Source of the DNA: Trichodelitschia bisporula
Lineage: Eukaryota
Length of the DNA: 64,000 bases
Assembly (NCBI GenBank): GCA_010356995.1
Contig: ML996694.1
Location: 619,224-683,223, forward strand
Direction: 5' to 3'
Part shown: positions 1 to 11,560 of the stretch, piece after piece
How the letters are laid out: every line of letters starts with the position of its first letter
Position numbering within the stretch: position 1 is the stretch's first letter
Translations under genes and position numbers: made by a program
Notes under the pieces: model-generated
What the model saw: the letters and a program-made list of their open reading frames with translations, nothing else
What the model was told of the DNA's origin: nothing
The model's database searches: none

Positions 1-1153
1 CGACGATGATGCTGCCACTGTTACTCCTAGCACCGCCGACCTGACACCCAGCAACAAGAGCCTCGCGCCCATCGCGGCGGCATCACGCGGCACCCGTGTC
101 AAGGTCTGGAGCTTTTACCTCACCTTTTTGAATGCTGTTATTGAGCTCGGGCCCGAGGAAGGGAAACACGCGTTTGGCAGCACGAAGTGGAAGGCGCTGG
201 TCAACAAGGCGCGCGATGGGAGCGTGTGGGAGGATATCGTACGAGATGGGTATTATGGTCAGGAAGGCAACGTGGACGCTGATGTGGTGATCAACCTGTA
301 TGTGCAGCTTCACTTCATTTTCGCATTGGGTCACGATGCTAATTGTCCGCCCAGAGCAACTCTCCTCCTCACCCACTCTCCCTCGCAGAAACTCAACCAG
401 ACCCGCCTAGAAAACTACCTCGCTGCCGTAGCCAACCCCTCCTTCGACATAACCAGTCACCTCTCCAACCCCCGCCTGCGCCGCACCGCCTCAACCCCCG
501 GAACCAACACGCCGCGCGATCTGCAAACGAATCTCAAGCTTCTAGAGCTGTACACGCTGCACGTCCTCCCCCGCAACCAAGAATGGGACTACGCCCGCGA
601 ATTCATAATGATGAGCGAACTCCTCGACGACGAGCGCAAAGAAGCCTTCCTCCAAGCCTTACACGGGCTTAAAGAGGAACAAGCCCACGCCGCACTCCGC
701 GAGAAGGAGCTCCAGCGCCAACAGGATGCGCAGCTCGAGGCCCAGCGCCGCCGTGCCGAGGAGGAGCGTCGCGCTGCCGCCCGTGCGGCTGAAGACGAGG
801 CTCGTCGGCGCGAGGAGGCGAGGCGCGCGGCGCAGCGCCCGCCTGATGCGGAGCCAGCCCGAACTAGTCCGGCGAAATCGTCGCGCAAGAAGGAAGTTGC
901 GCGCAGACCGCCGGCGAGTATGTACACCAGGGCTACCGCGTTGTGGAGTGGGCTGGCGGATGCGCTGTTTGGTGCTGCTCGTGGGGTGAGAGCGAACCCG
1001 CTCGCTATGCTCAGGACATTGCTCGTGCTTCTTGCTTTTGCGCTCGCGTTTGGACGACGGGATGTTAGAGAACGGGTGAGGCGGATTATCAGGCGGGGAT
1101 GGGAGAAGGTGCGTGGGACAGTGGGGATGGGGGTTAAGGTTTCGTATATTTAG
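1..1153 (+). CDS. PEX26: Peroxin Pex26-like tail-anchored peroxisomal membrane protein (5' end outside window); intron 298-354
   Basis: Motifs W..IV..GY.G.EG.VDADVVINLATLLL and LELYTLHVLPRN.EWDYAREFI.MSELLDDERKEAFLQAL, then a coiled coil, a C-terminal hydrophobic anchor and the ending KVRGTVGMGVKVSYI, as recalled for fungal Pex26. Intron GTATGT..GCTAAT..CAG. Confidence 0.85.
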   Translation, partial: DDDAATVTPSTADLTPSNKSLAPIAAASRGTRVKVWSFYLTFLNAVIELGPEEGKHAFGSTKWKALVNKARDGSVWEDIVRDGYYGQEGNVDADVVINLYVQLHFIFALGHDANCPPRATLLLTHSPSQKLNQTRLENYLAAVANPSFDITSHLSNPRLRRTASTPGTNTPRDLQTNLKLLELYTLHVLPRNQEWDYAREFIMMSELLDDERKEAFLQALHGLKEEQAHAALREKELQRQQDAQLEAQRRRAEEERRAAARAAEDEARRREEARRAAQRPPDAEPARTSPAKSSRKKEVARRPPASMYTRATALWSGLADALFGAARGVRANPLAMLRTLLVLLAFALAFGRRDVRERVRRIIRRGWEKVRGTVGMGVKVSYI

Positions 1154-1410
1154 GCTTGATGGGCTGTTGGTTTACTGTGTCTTCGCTGCTTTTTGCGGTG
1201 GGCAGGGAGCCGGTGACGTTGACGAGAGAAATTGGTTCATGTTGCATGCATAGTTATGGGCGTAGGTGTGTTTTGCTTGCATTCGTCTATATTGCGGATG
1301 GGGAGGTTGGAGTTGGCTTCTGACCGAGGGGCGGTGTACGACTACGCAGCTAGGTAGAGCTTGGATAACTGAACTGCTTAATTATCGCTTTAACTGTACC
1401 GTTTGTTTCA

Positions 1411-1566
1411 ATGCCTAACATGGAATGCGCGACGACCCTTATCGCAGCTGTTTTCGCACTGTGGTGCTCAATTGACGTTGGCTGCATGGCCCAGTGCCGT
1501 CGCTTCTCGTTTCCCGCGCGCCTGTGCCCCATCGCGCATTGCCGAATCTGTTCTTGCGACCCATAA
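1411..1566 (+). CDS. Putative 51-aa Cys-rich small peptide (below the ORF-track cutoff)
   Basis: ATG1411..TAA1566 translates to MPNMECATTLIAAVFALWCSIDVGCMAQCRRFSFPARLCPIAHCRICSCDP: 8 Cys and a hydrophobic N-terminal stretch. No expression evidence. Confidence 0.25.
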   Translation: MPNMECATTLIAAVFALWCSIDVGCMAQCRRFSFPARLCPIAHCRICSCDP

Positions 1567-1972
1567 GCCCGTTGCGCTAAGAGCAATTTTTCGGAGGAAC
1601 GTGGTGGGTTGGCTTCGAGGTCAATCTCGGGGATATTGGGGAGGCGCGGAGAAGGGCGGGTAATTTTGCAGACTAGCATTTGGAGCGGAACGGCCGATGA
1701 AGGTAGAGGATATGCGAGTGCCAATGGATGGCAACTGAGGCGGGTAAGCATCAATTGTTCACAGAGTTTCAATGGCAGAGAGGCATCAGACGATCCATTC
1801 CATCAATTCTATGGCAGACCCCCGGAGACAGACATATAATTACAATCGATCCACTGCCGCCTCTCATCACCCACGCGCACGCCCCACCGTAGACTTTTCC
1901 CCATCCGGCGAAACGCACCCGCAAGACCAAATGCAATCATACTCCCTCGCCGACAAAATGACGGTTCGCCAT

Positions 1973-2512
<540 letters not shown>

Positions 2513-3632
2513 TGTGACGAAGAGTGCGGGTTGCGAAGAGATGGACGGAGGATGGAATTGGGGTGCGGAGGGATGGTGTTTGGAGAGCTCAATTGGAGGG
2601 AAAAGTCTGTTGGAAAGGAGTTTGAGCGGGAAAAGTGAAGCTCAGAGCACGGACCAGCTGCTGGCTGTGAAAGTCGTAGCACCGCCGGAATACGCTTCTT
2701 GGCTAGAGGGCAGGCCAGAACTTCTCTCCTTAGCACCCTCCCCTCGGCCCGGGCTCAGCCGACCAAAAACACCGTTTTTTCCTCAAGCCAAGCTGGAAGC
2801 ACAACATCAACACAACCAACCCATCAATAATCGCGCTGTGGAAATGTTGTCGAAGCTGGTTGTTAGGCGTGCTGTAAGCTCAATTGATTTAAGGCCTTCA
2901 TGGGCCTAGAGTTACTTTGCCGCTCGGGCTGTGAGATCCTCCGCAACTGTGCAGTACATCCGTATGGATGTTCATCAAGCCGATGCTTCCGGCACTACAC
3001 CGGCCGAATCACAACGCAACAACATTCCTAAACATGTATCCTCCATTTACCCGTGCGGTTGAGTATTTTGGGAGGATCGTTAGGCTCCGACATTGCCAGC
3101 AGTCGGCGTCGGTTCTCGTCTTTTATCCGTCCTGCTTCTAATCACCAGAGCTCGACCTCAGTCAACTTCCCCCGTCCGAATTGGAGCGAAAGCCTATGCG
3201 ACCTCTTGCGACCTGCATGGAAGTTGGATTAATTGCAATTCCATATTCTCTGCTGCTAAATGCGTTATCATGCCTTATGCTGAGCTGCACCTACCTGGTC
3301 GAAGTATCACATCCCAAGAAGTTACGAAACGGAGCCTGTCAGCACTGCTCTTAGCAAACTAAGCGAACCCACGTTGCGACTTCCGACTGGCGGCATCGCA
3401 ACTTTGGTATGGAGCTAGTCACTGACTGAATGCTGAGGTAAACGCTTCAGCCTTCTGCTTCACGCCACATTCCAAATCTCACCGCGTCTATTCCAACGAC
3501 ACACCTTCTCGTACAGTATTAACGCCGAAGCTTGGTACTGTAGGTCTATGTCAAATCTCACCTGTTAGAGTTCTGCCTACGGTAGGCCGGATGTCGGGTG
3601 GGATGATTACTTTGTGAAGGAGCGGGGAGGTT

Positions 3633-3639
3633 TTACTAA
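3633..3639. promoter_or_regulatory. TTACTAA Yap1/AP-1-like element upstream of the DUF4336 gene
   Basis: Exact match to the Yap1 response element about 250 bp upstream of ATG 3884. A CreA-type GCGGGG lies at 3622 and TGCGTCA at 3663. Short motifs like these can occur by chance. Confidence 0.2.
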
Positions 3640-3883
3640 GCCCAGTGCGTTAAGCCACTTACTGCGTCATCGGCTAAAAATGCATTCCAAATTAACCATA
3701 GAGCCTCATGTTTGAAGCACATAAAAGCTGTCATTGGCACACTCCCAAATGACCATTCGGACACTCACACTCACAAAGCCAATCACAGTCTTAACTGTTC
3801 TGCCTCGAGTTTATATCTTGTCAATAATCCCCAGCCTTTTACGACCTTCAATCCAACACCGAACATTTCTATCATCACTAGCA

Positions 3884-4751
3884 ATGTCGTCCAAACTTGT
3901 TCCCTCTAACCCTTCGGAGGTTATGGTCATCCGAAAGGTCACAGAAAATATCACCACTCTCTCGGTTCCATTCTGGCGCTTCAGCAGGATAAAGGTTGGC
4001 GGCCGCGGAACGTTGGGTATGTATCATCATCTCGACTTCATCAACGAGATTCTAATTGATAACAGTCCGCCTGTCAAATGGCACTGTTGCCGTGTTTTCT
4101 CCCGTGGCTTTGACGCCTGAGGTCCAGGAGACTGTAGCTTCCATGGGAGAGCTCAAGTATATCGCGGCGCTTGACCTTGAGCATCACATCTTCGTCGGTG
4201 CGTGGCACGCGCAGTACCCGAACGCCAAAGTCATTGGTCCTGAGGGTCTTCCGGAGAAGCGCACAAAGCAGAAGAACGAAGACGTCCCTTTTGCCACGGT
4301 CTTCAACGCCAAAGACAAGGCAACCACTTCCATTGACGCCGATTTTGACGCCGACTTCGATTACGAGTATGTCGATGGCCACGCGAGCAAGGAGCTCGTG
4401 TTCCACTACAAGCCTGACGGTGCCTTGATCGAGGCCGACCTTATGTTCAACCTGCCCGCCACGGAGCAGTTCAGCAAGACTGGCGAGTCCGCAAACACTG
4501 GCTTTCTCACCAAGCTGTTCTGCTCGATCAACCGGACCGACGGGGCTGCCCTTGGCCAACAGCGTTTCATCTGGTACCTCACGGGCAGTGCCAACAGGCC
4601 GAGCTTCCAAGAGAGCATTCGCCGCATCAACGGCTGGAATTTCGATAAGATCATCCCTTGCCACGGCGATGTCATCGAGACGGACGCGAAGGGCATTTTT
4701 GAGAAGGTCTTCAAGTGGCATCTTGAGGGCAAGAAGGCGAAGACCACTTAG
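3884..4751 (+). CDS. DUF4336-family (metallo-beta-lactamase-like fold) protein; intron 4017-4065
   Basis: MVIRKVTENITTLSVPFWRF..KVGGRGTLVRL..G.VAVFSPVALT, IAALDLEHH, ELVFHYKPD..LIEADLMFNLP, WNFDKIIPCHGD. Intron GTATGT..CTAAT..CAG joins the two ORFs in frame. Confidence 0.8.
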
Positions 4752-5127
4752 CCGGACTGGATTTGAGGTTAGGGACGGGAGTCTGTTTAGCATTTACTAT
4801 CAGCGTCTGCGTCCGGCATCTTGATACCATTTCGTCGTTGTTTCTCGAGGATAGGCTAGTCATGACTACATAATGTAATGCAGAAGGAACTATGAATTAT
4901 CGCGAGTACATAATGCAAGCTCGAAAAGAATTGGCAAAGTGCTGATTTCTGAGATAATTTTGATGTTACTCGCGTGACGCTTGCAATAGCTGTTAAATTG
5001 TCAACCGCGTTCTCCCCACTTCAGGCCCACGTTTCGTCGCAACTTGCGCGCCCAGAGCCCGTCTAATATACCCATTTCCTCCTCTACAGCGTGCCCTCCC
5101 AAAGCCAACAATGGGAGCCAAATAATT

Positions 5128-8008
5128 ATGGACTTTGTAAGTGGTGCGCAGCTCCGTGCCTCTAATACTGAGACCGGGTACGACAGTGGACGCGCCTGCT
5201 CGGAGGTGCGCGCAGCACCAGCCGTCAGCCTACGCCTAATAACCCACAGCAACGCCTCGCGCGCTTCAAGAAGGTCTACGAGCAGATCCGGGTAAGTCGA
5301 GCCTCTCTATGAGGGTATCAGATGCAAAGCTGACCTGCCGAGATCACATACCAGAAGACCCCTCTCCTCCAGGCCGACTCCGCCGCCGCTGAAGCCATCC
5401 GTGCACACTTCCAGCGTCTCACCACGATCCTCCACGACGAATCGCGCTCACCGGCCCCGCATCCGTGCCTCTCCTATGCTGCCTCGGCTCAGATATATAT
5501 ACTGGTATCGCGGATCGGATCCGTGGCTCAGCATGAGGGTGTAATCCATGAGGCGGTGGCCGTGTTCGGTGCGCTGATTGATAGTGAGGAAGAGGAGTTT
5601 CTCGCGCATGAGCGGTTTGCCCATGCGCTTATGACGTTTGTGGACCGGACGTCTGGGTCGGCGAATCTCAATGTCGGCGAGGATACGGAGGGCGAGATTG
5701 TCGAGCTGCTGTTTGGCATTGCAGCGAAGATTCGCCTCCAACCGGAGCTTCTCAAGGTCTGGTTCAACAAGAGGGCGGATACGGCGCAGGCGAGGAGTGA
5801 GTCGAACGCCCGCAAGGACTTTGTTGGGGTTACATCCAAGGAGGACTTCCCGTTGTGCTACCAGCTCATCGACCATGTCCACCACGACGGACGCATTGGC
5901 GACTTCGCGAGGACAGGGTTGCTGTACATCTTCGAATCGGCGTCCAAGGCGCCAGATTTGGAGCAATGGCTGGTTAACAGCGATCTACCCACGCTCATGG
6001 CGAGCGGGTTGGGAGCATTGTACAGCCAACTTAGCAGGTAGGCATCTGCGGACTGGCAAGCGACGAATTGACCAGTGGTAGGAAACTCTCCATTATCCAT
6101 TCACCTACCGATCTGCCGCTTGTACTCACGCTCTCCGACTATAAGGAGCTTCAGGCACCGACAGAGGCGGAGAATCTGTTCTCCCCTCATCTCCAAGGGC
6201 ACATGGAGACGTTTCTCTCGTACCTGGCTTTTTGGCAGGACGTACTCGAGCACTGTCGGTCATTGGAAGTGAGACAGACACTACTGGATCACTTTCAAGT
6301 TCTCTTCCTCCAGCAGCTGTTGTGAGCAACCCTTGGTTTCTAAGGCCTGGTCTAACATTACAGGTACCCATCGATGCTGGAATCGTCGGACATCGACGGA
6401 GGCTCGTCAGTAGCTGTTCTAACCTACTTGCGAAGAATTCTGGAGGCTTTGGACCATGCCGAACTCGTTCACCTCATCCTGCACTACCTCCTTGCTCTTC
6501 CAGACCCCCCGGAAAGCGATCCGAGGCTCTCAAAGTCCGTCCAGGTTACGAAGAGACGCATGACCTTGATCATGTCAACGAAGCCTGACAATGACGAAGA
6601 CCAACCGAACCCGGCTCTCTTCAATCTAGTGGACCTTCTCGTGAGCAGCATGGAGTCCGACAATCCACAAACTGTTATTGTAGCACTCAAATTATCCACA
6701 GCATTGATGGGGAAGAACCATCCTTACGCCATTGACACTCTCCTCCAAACCATTCCCACGACACACCGAGAACCTCTCCGAACGCACGGAGCCTTAAATG
6801 CCGAGCTTGAGCACTACATCGCTCTAGCCGAAGATATAGCCGGGGATTCCGGCCTCGACGAGGCCTACGACAACCACCTTCATGACGCCCTCCGCCTCGT
6901 TGAATTCCACACCTGCTCAATAAAGCTTCTCTCTCTTGAAGGCCTGGGCGTGAATCCACCCGCTTCTCTCCTAATCAACAGGCAAATGACCTCCCATCCT
7001 GTCACATCGCATCACCTCCACCCCACCGACCCCTTCATAACCCGCCTCTTCAACACCCTCAAAACCTTCTTAACCAATAACATTGAGCTAAACCTCTCCC
7101 TCACTCAATGTCTAACCACCCTCCTCGCCTGCCCACACCTGCACCTCGACCCCTGGGCATGCGTCGATCCAGCACACTACATCCTCCCAACCTCGCCGGA
7201 CGAACCCACCTCCGATCCCGCGCTGCAATCCCTCCTCCGCGCCCGCCAACACCCCACCTGGGCCCCAGAACACACCCCCATCATCCTCTCGCACTTCCAG
7301 TCCCTAGCCTCCGAGATCCACACCCTACGGGCCCAGATCCCGACTATGGACGCCCTCATCGCCGCCCGCAAACAAGCCTTCCGCCTGCACGACGACATCG
7401 CAACGGCGATGCGTGACGCGGCGCGCCAGCAATCGCGCCCGGGACTCAGTGGGCGGCCTTCCACGGAAGCCCAGCGGCCGGGGTCGACGCGGGCGCCTAG
7501 TGCGGTCAGGGGCGCTAAGCCGGCGATACCGCATAGGATGTATGTGGGCAGTGGGGCAAGTTCGCGGAGTCAGAGCCCGAGGGGGAGACTGGGGCCGGAA
7601 TTGAGGGCGCCGCCTAGGAGTGAGCCTGATGCTTCTAGAGGGAGGGCGGTTAGTGGAGAGGGGAGAGGGGGGTTGTTAGCTGATGTGGTTTCTCAGGCGG
7701 AGGGAGTGGAGGGAATGAGGAGGATTAAGTTTCCGCTGAGGAAGGAGAAGGAGGAGAGGAAGGAAGCTGGTGTGGTTGAGGAGAGGGTGGAGGAGGGTGA
7801 AGTGGCGGAAGGCGGCGAGGGGGAAGGGTTAAAAGCAGAGGTGAAGGCTGAGGAGGTCGCTCAAGATGGGGACGAAGTGGTGGAGAGGGAAGCGAGCCTA
7901 GGCCATATCCTGACTAATATTGTGATTCTGCAGGAGTTTATTCTGGAGATCGCAGCTATTATGCAGTTACGGGCGAGTTTGCTCTCAGAGGTCAAGTTTG
8001 CCATATAG
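5128..8008 (+). CDS. fhipA: FHIP/FAM160 (RAI16-like) FTS-Hook-interacting protein; introns ~5137-5186, 5292-5342 (or 5354), 6038-6081, 6322-6364
   Basis: Spliced N-terminus MDF|WTRLLGG (9-nt first exon). Motifs DFPLCYQLIDHVHHDGRIGDFARTGLLYI, LPTLMASGLGALYSQLSRKL, FLSYLAFWQDVL and C-terminal HILTNIVILQEFILEIAAIMQLRASL match the RAI16-like family. Confidence 0.85.
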
Positions 8009-8212
8009 ATAAGCCTAGCCATTTCATGGTTAGACAGTATACCCCAGATTAGAGTGGGCGAATATGCCGAGATGAATAGATTCATTGCACTCCATCATCT
8101 TCCAGGTCTCAATTTAGGATACACTGGTAAGCCGTCAAGTCATACGGTACAAGTTAAAAAGCACAGAGGCATCGACGCTATTAGCAAGCAATTTGTACTT
8201 TGGTACCCCACC

Positions 8213-8591
8213 TTACTTCGCAGCCGCCTCCTCCTCCTTCCACCCCGCACTCTTCCGCCTCTCCGTCCCCTTCTCAATCAAGCCCTCATTATGGACCACA
8301 CTCCCGGCCTTCTGCATTACGCGACCCAACATCGAATCTAGACAGACCATCAGCCCTCCATTCGCTCTCGTCGAAACCTGCGATAAGCTCACCGGCCTTC
8401 GCTGCCGCATGCTCGCCCGTCTTGTTCCCGTACCCGGCGCCAGCGGTCGTCCCGCTCCCGTGTTGTGTGGCGTTTGAGTAGGGGGTCGTGCTGTGCGAGC
8501 TTTCTGTCTTGAGAGGTTGGAAGGATTCCGCGTCTTCGGTGGGGTGAGAGCCAGGCGAGGGCGGGTCCATGGTGTCGTGGGCTGCGGACAT
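8213..8591 (-). CDS. Small hydrophilic (hydrophilin/CsbD-like) protein, 107 aa; exons 8591-8393 and 8337-8213
   Basis: Intron GTGAGC..GCTGAT..TAG (8392-8338) joins MSAAHDT...GSGTTAGAGYGNKTG...KA to DSMLGRVMQKAGSVVHNEGLIEKGTERRKSAG, resembling small fungal stress or conidial proteins. Confidence 0.65.
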
Positions 8592-9164
8592 TGTACTGGT
8601 AGTAGTAACTGTGTGGTAGGTTGGATTCAACGGTACTGGTAAGTTGACGAGGTCGATGAACTCTGATGGCGACGGAAGTAGGGCCGGGACAGCAGAACTT
8701 AAGTAGGCAAAATAAGGGTCGAGAGCGAGGCTGCATCGAAGCACGACGTCATAATATAATTCAACTCAGACACAACTCCGCATCAAAGGGCCAGTTGAAT
8801 GCTCTCAATTGCGCCGTGCTTACATGCCCAGAGCTGCGCAGTACAACCCCAGCAGTCAAACCCCACGCGAGAAACGAACAAAGCAACAGATCAGCCATAA
8901 CACTCGGCATCAGCCCCGCCCCCGCGACACTCACTGACCAAACAAACCCCAAGCGGGTTCAAGAGTGGTTGTAGCGATGTTCGCCCCCTGTCGCTTGGCG
9001 GCAGGTCCGAAAGTCGATCGCGCTGATCGGCCAGATAATGCGCGCTTGCATCATACTCCACACGTCTTTGCCCAAAGAAGTTGAGCACGAGACTCGCCAT
9101 GACGTTCCAGATTCCGAGGGTGCGGAAGCTAGAGCGGAGGGAGAAAGGTCCGGACGGAGGCTGC

Positions 9165-10091
9165 TCAGCGGACATAGCGCCCCATGAAACGCTTGTGGAA
9201 GTCGGAGCGGAGGAGATCGTTCACGAATTCCTTGGGCTTCTTGTCGTCGGCGCCCCGGGCTTGGTTTTTGAATACCACATCGTCGTCCCACCTGGTGTGG
9301 TTAGTATTTAGCGGTTCGGGGGAGGAAGAATGTCACAAACCGGCGCTTGATGTTGAAGTCCTTCGGGTTGAGAAGTGGGTTGCCGCGGGCGATATCGTAC
9401 TCGCGCTGCTCTTCTTCTTTAGCAGCCTTTTCGGCTTCCTGTAATTCGAGTCAGTGTTAACCATCCATAGGAAATGTAACCGTACCTCTTTCGCTCGCTG
9501 CTCCGCTCTCTCCCTCTTGATCTTCTCGAGTTCGCGCATCAACTCAGCCGTTTCATCCTCTTCATCATCGTCCTCCCTAAAATTTATTAGCCATAGATCA
9601 CACATTTCCGCCATTAACCTACTCTTCTTCACTACTCTCATCCTCCTCGCCATCCGAGTCCGCATCCACCTCTGCCGCTTCCTCTAATATGAGTCGTCGG
9701 CGTTTGACCTCGACATCCTCTTCCTCCGTCGCACCCTCGATTTGCCTTTTTGAACCAGCAGTCTCGGACGGTGCAGCGCTACTCTCCACCGCAGTGCCGT
9801 TCTTCTTCGCAAAGTGTGCAGCCTCAGCGGCCAGGAGTTCGGCGCGGAGGTCGCGCACTTCGTGGTCGGCATCACCACCTTGTCCGGGTTGCCTGAGAGA
9901 TTAATTGGTGAATATGAGCGAAGGGAAGTGCGCGTACCGGTGCTTCAGCATCATGTGCGCCGGTAGCAGGCGCTGGTGGTAGGCCGGCCCCCGCTGGGCG
10001 TCTTTGCCGCGAGCCTGGGTGGTTAGTTGTTTAGCTGTGATGTGTGTAGGATGCTTACGGGGTCAAACGTAGGTCGATGGGCTGTTGTCAT
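9165..10091 (-). CDS. CWC15: Pre-mRNA splicing factor Cwc15 (6 exons)
   Basis: [31 protein letters not shown]..., [38 protein letters not shown]...[20 protein letters not shown]. Five canonical introns. Confidence 0.95.
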
Positions 10092-10346
10092 GGCTGCGGT
10101 AAGTAGACGAAGGTATAGAGGTTGAGTTTTGGGACGGTGGGGGAGAAAGTCGCGGAGGACGCACCGGACTTGACTTTCTGGCGTTGCGGCTCTGGATGAT
10201 CTACGCCAAGTATCGCGTTGCAGGGATTATGTTACTCCGCCAGAATTCGTAGCACAAGCATCGCAAGACATCACCACCCCGCACTGCGCTGTTGTTTACT
10301 TTGTAATTTCCGATAATGTGGAGTGCGAGATAGACTCATCCTCACC

Positions 10347-11318
10347 ATGCCGCGCGAAGCAACACTCTCCACAAACGAGCGGGAGTTTATCCTTGAGGCA
10401 CTCCGACAGGATAAACGCCTTGATGGCCGCGCCTTTGAGCAGTTCCGTTCGCTGGAGCTTAGCTTCGGTGATGAGTTCGGTGTTGTTGATGTACAGCTAG
10501 GGCGCACAAGGTATGCCTCATGACCACATATCGGTCTACTCTAACGAACTAGAATCCTTGTCCGCATCTCCTGTGAAGTCGTCATCCCGTATCCAGACCG
10601 CAAATTCGATGGCATCTTTACCATCAACACCGAGTTCTCGCCCATGGCATCGCCGGCGTACGAAGTTGGACGGTGAAGACTCCCTCAACAAAGTTTTGTG
10701 CATATAAGCTGACTTCCACTCAGCCCTAACCAGGATGAAACCATACTCTCGCGTATCCTTGAAAAGGCCCTCCGTCGCTCATCTGCCCTCGATACCGAAT
10801 CCCTCTGCATCATCGCTGGTGCAAAAGTCTTCTCCCTGCGCGCTGATATCCATGTACTCGATCACGACGGCAACCTCATCGACGCCGCATGTGCGGGGTT
10901 GTTGGCCGCGCTGCTGCACTTCCGGCGGCCGGATGTCGAAGTCTCTGGGGCTGAGGCTACAATCTTCAGCGCGCGGGAGAGACAGCCTATTCCGCTCTCT
11001 CTGCTGCATCATCCGCTGTGTGTCACATTCTCCTACTTCGATGGCGGGGTGATTTCGGTACTGGATGCGACGCAGGCAGAGGAGCAGGTGCGGGAGGGTG
11101 AGGTTATTATCACAATGAATCGCCATGGCGAAGTGTGTCAGATCGCAAAGTATGGGGGAGTACCAGTTGATGCACTGGCGATTATCGACTGGACAAACAA
11201 GGCACTTGTCAAGGTGAAGGAGATGCATAAAATCATCGTGGCGACGTTGGAAGAGGATGCGAAGAAGCGGAACCTTGGGGGCTTAATGGCAGAGCTCAGT
11301 GCGGAGAATGATAGATGA
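10347..11318 (+). CDS. RRP45: Exosome complex component Rrp45 (RNase PH fold); introns ~10511-10552 and 10673-10723
   Basis: MPREATLSTNEREFILEAL..RLDGRAFEQFR, ELSPMASP-like motif, LDTESLCI, HVLDHDGNLIDA, ALLHFRRPD, C-terminal AELSAENDR. Confidence 0.95.
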
Positions 11319-11560
11319 GTGAATCACATCTAGGACTGACATGTGCATTGGGATGGATTTCGTTTTCGGGACTGGTTCGGCGTACGGTTCACAGAGATAA
11401 CCTAGGGGAATCATGAGTCCAAAAGCCGCAAGGGCTGGGTATCGAAAAGGTACTATCCTGCCGGTAAGACTGGCCTCCTGTAGGAGAACAGTTAAAAGCA
11501 GCCAGATAGTCCACGAACAGAAAGCAGTCGCTCTACCACCATGACGCCCGCAATTGCCCC

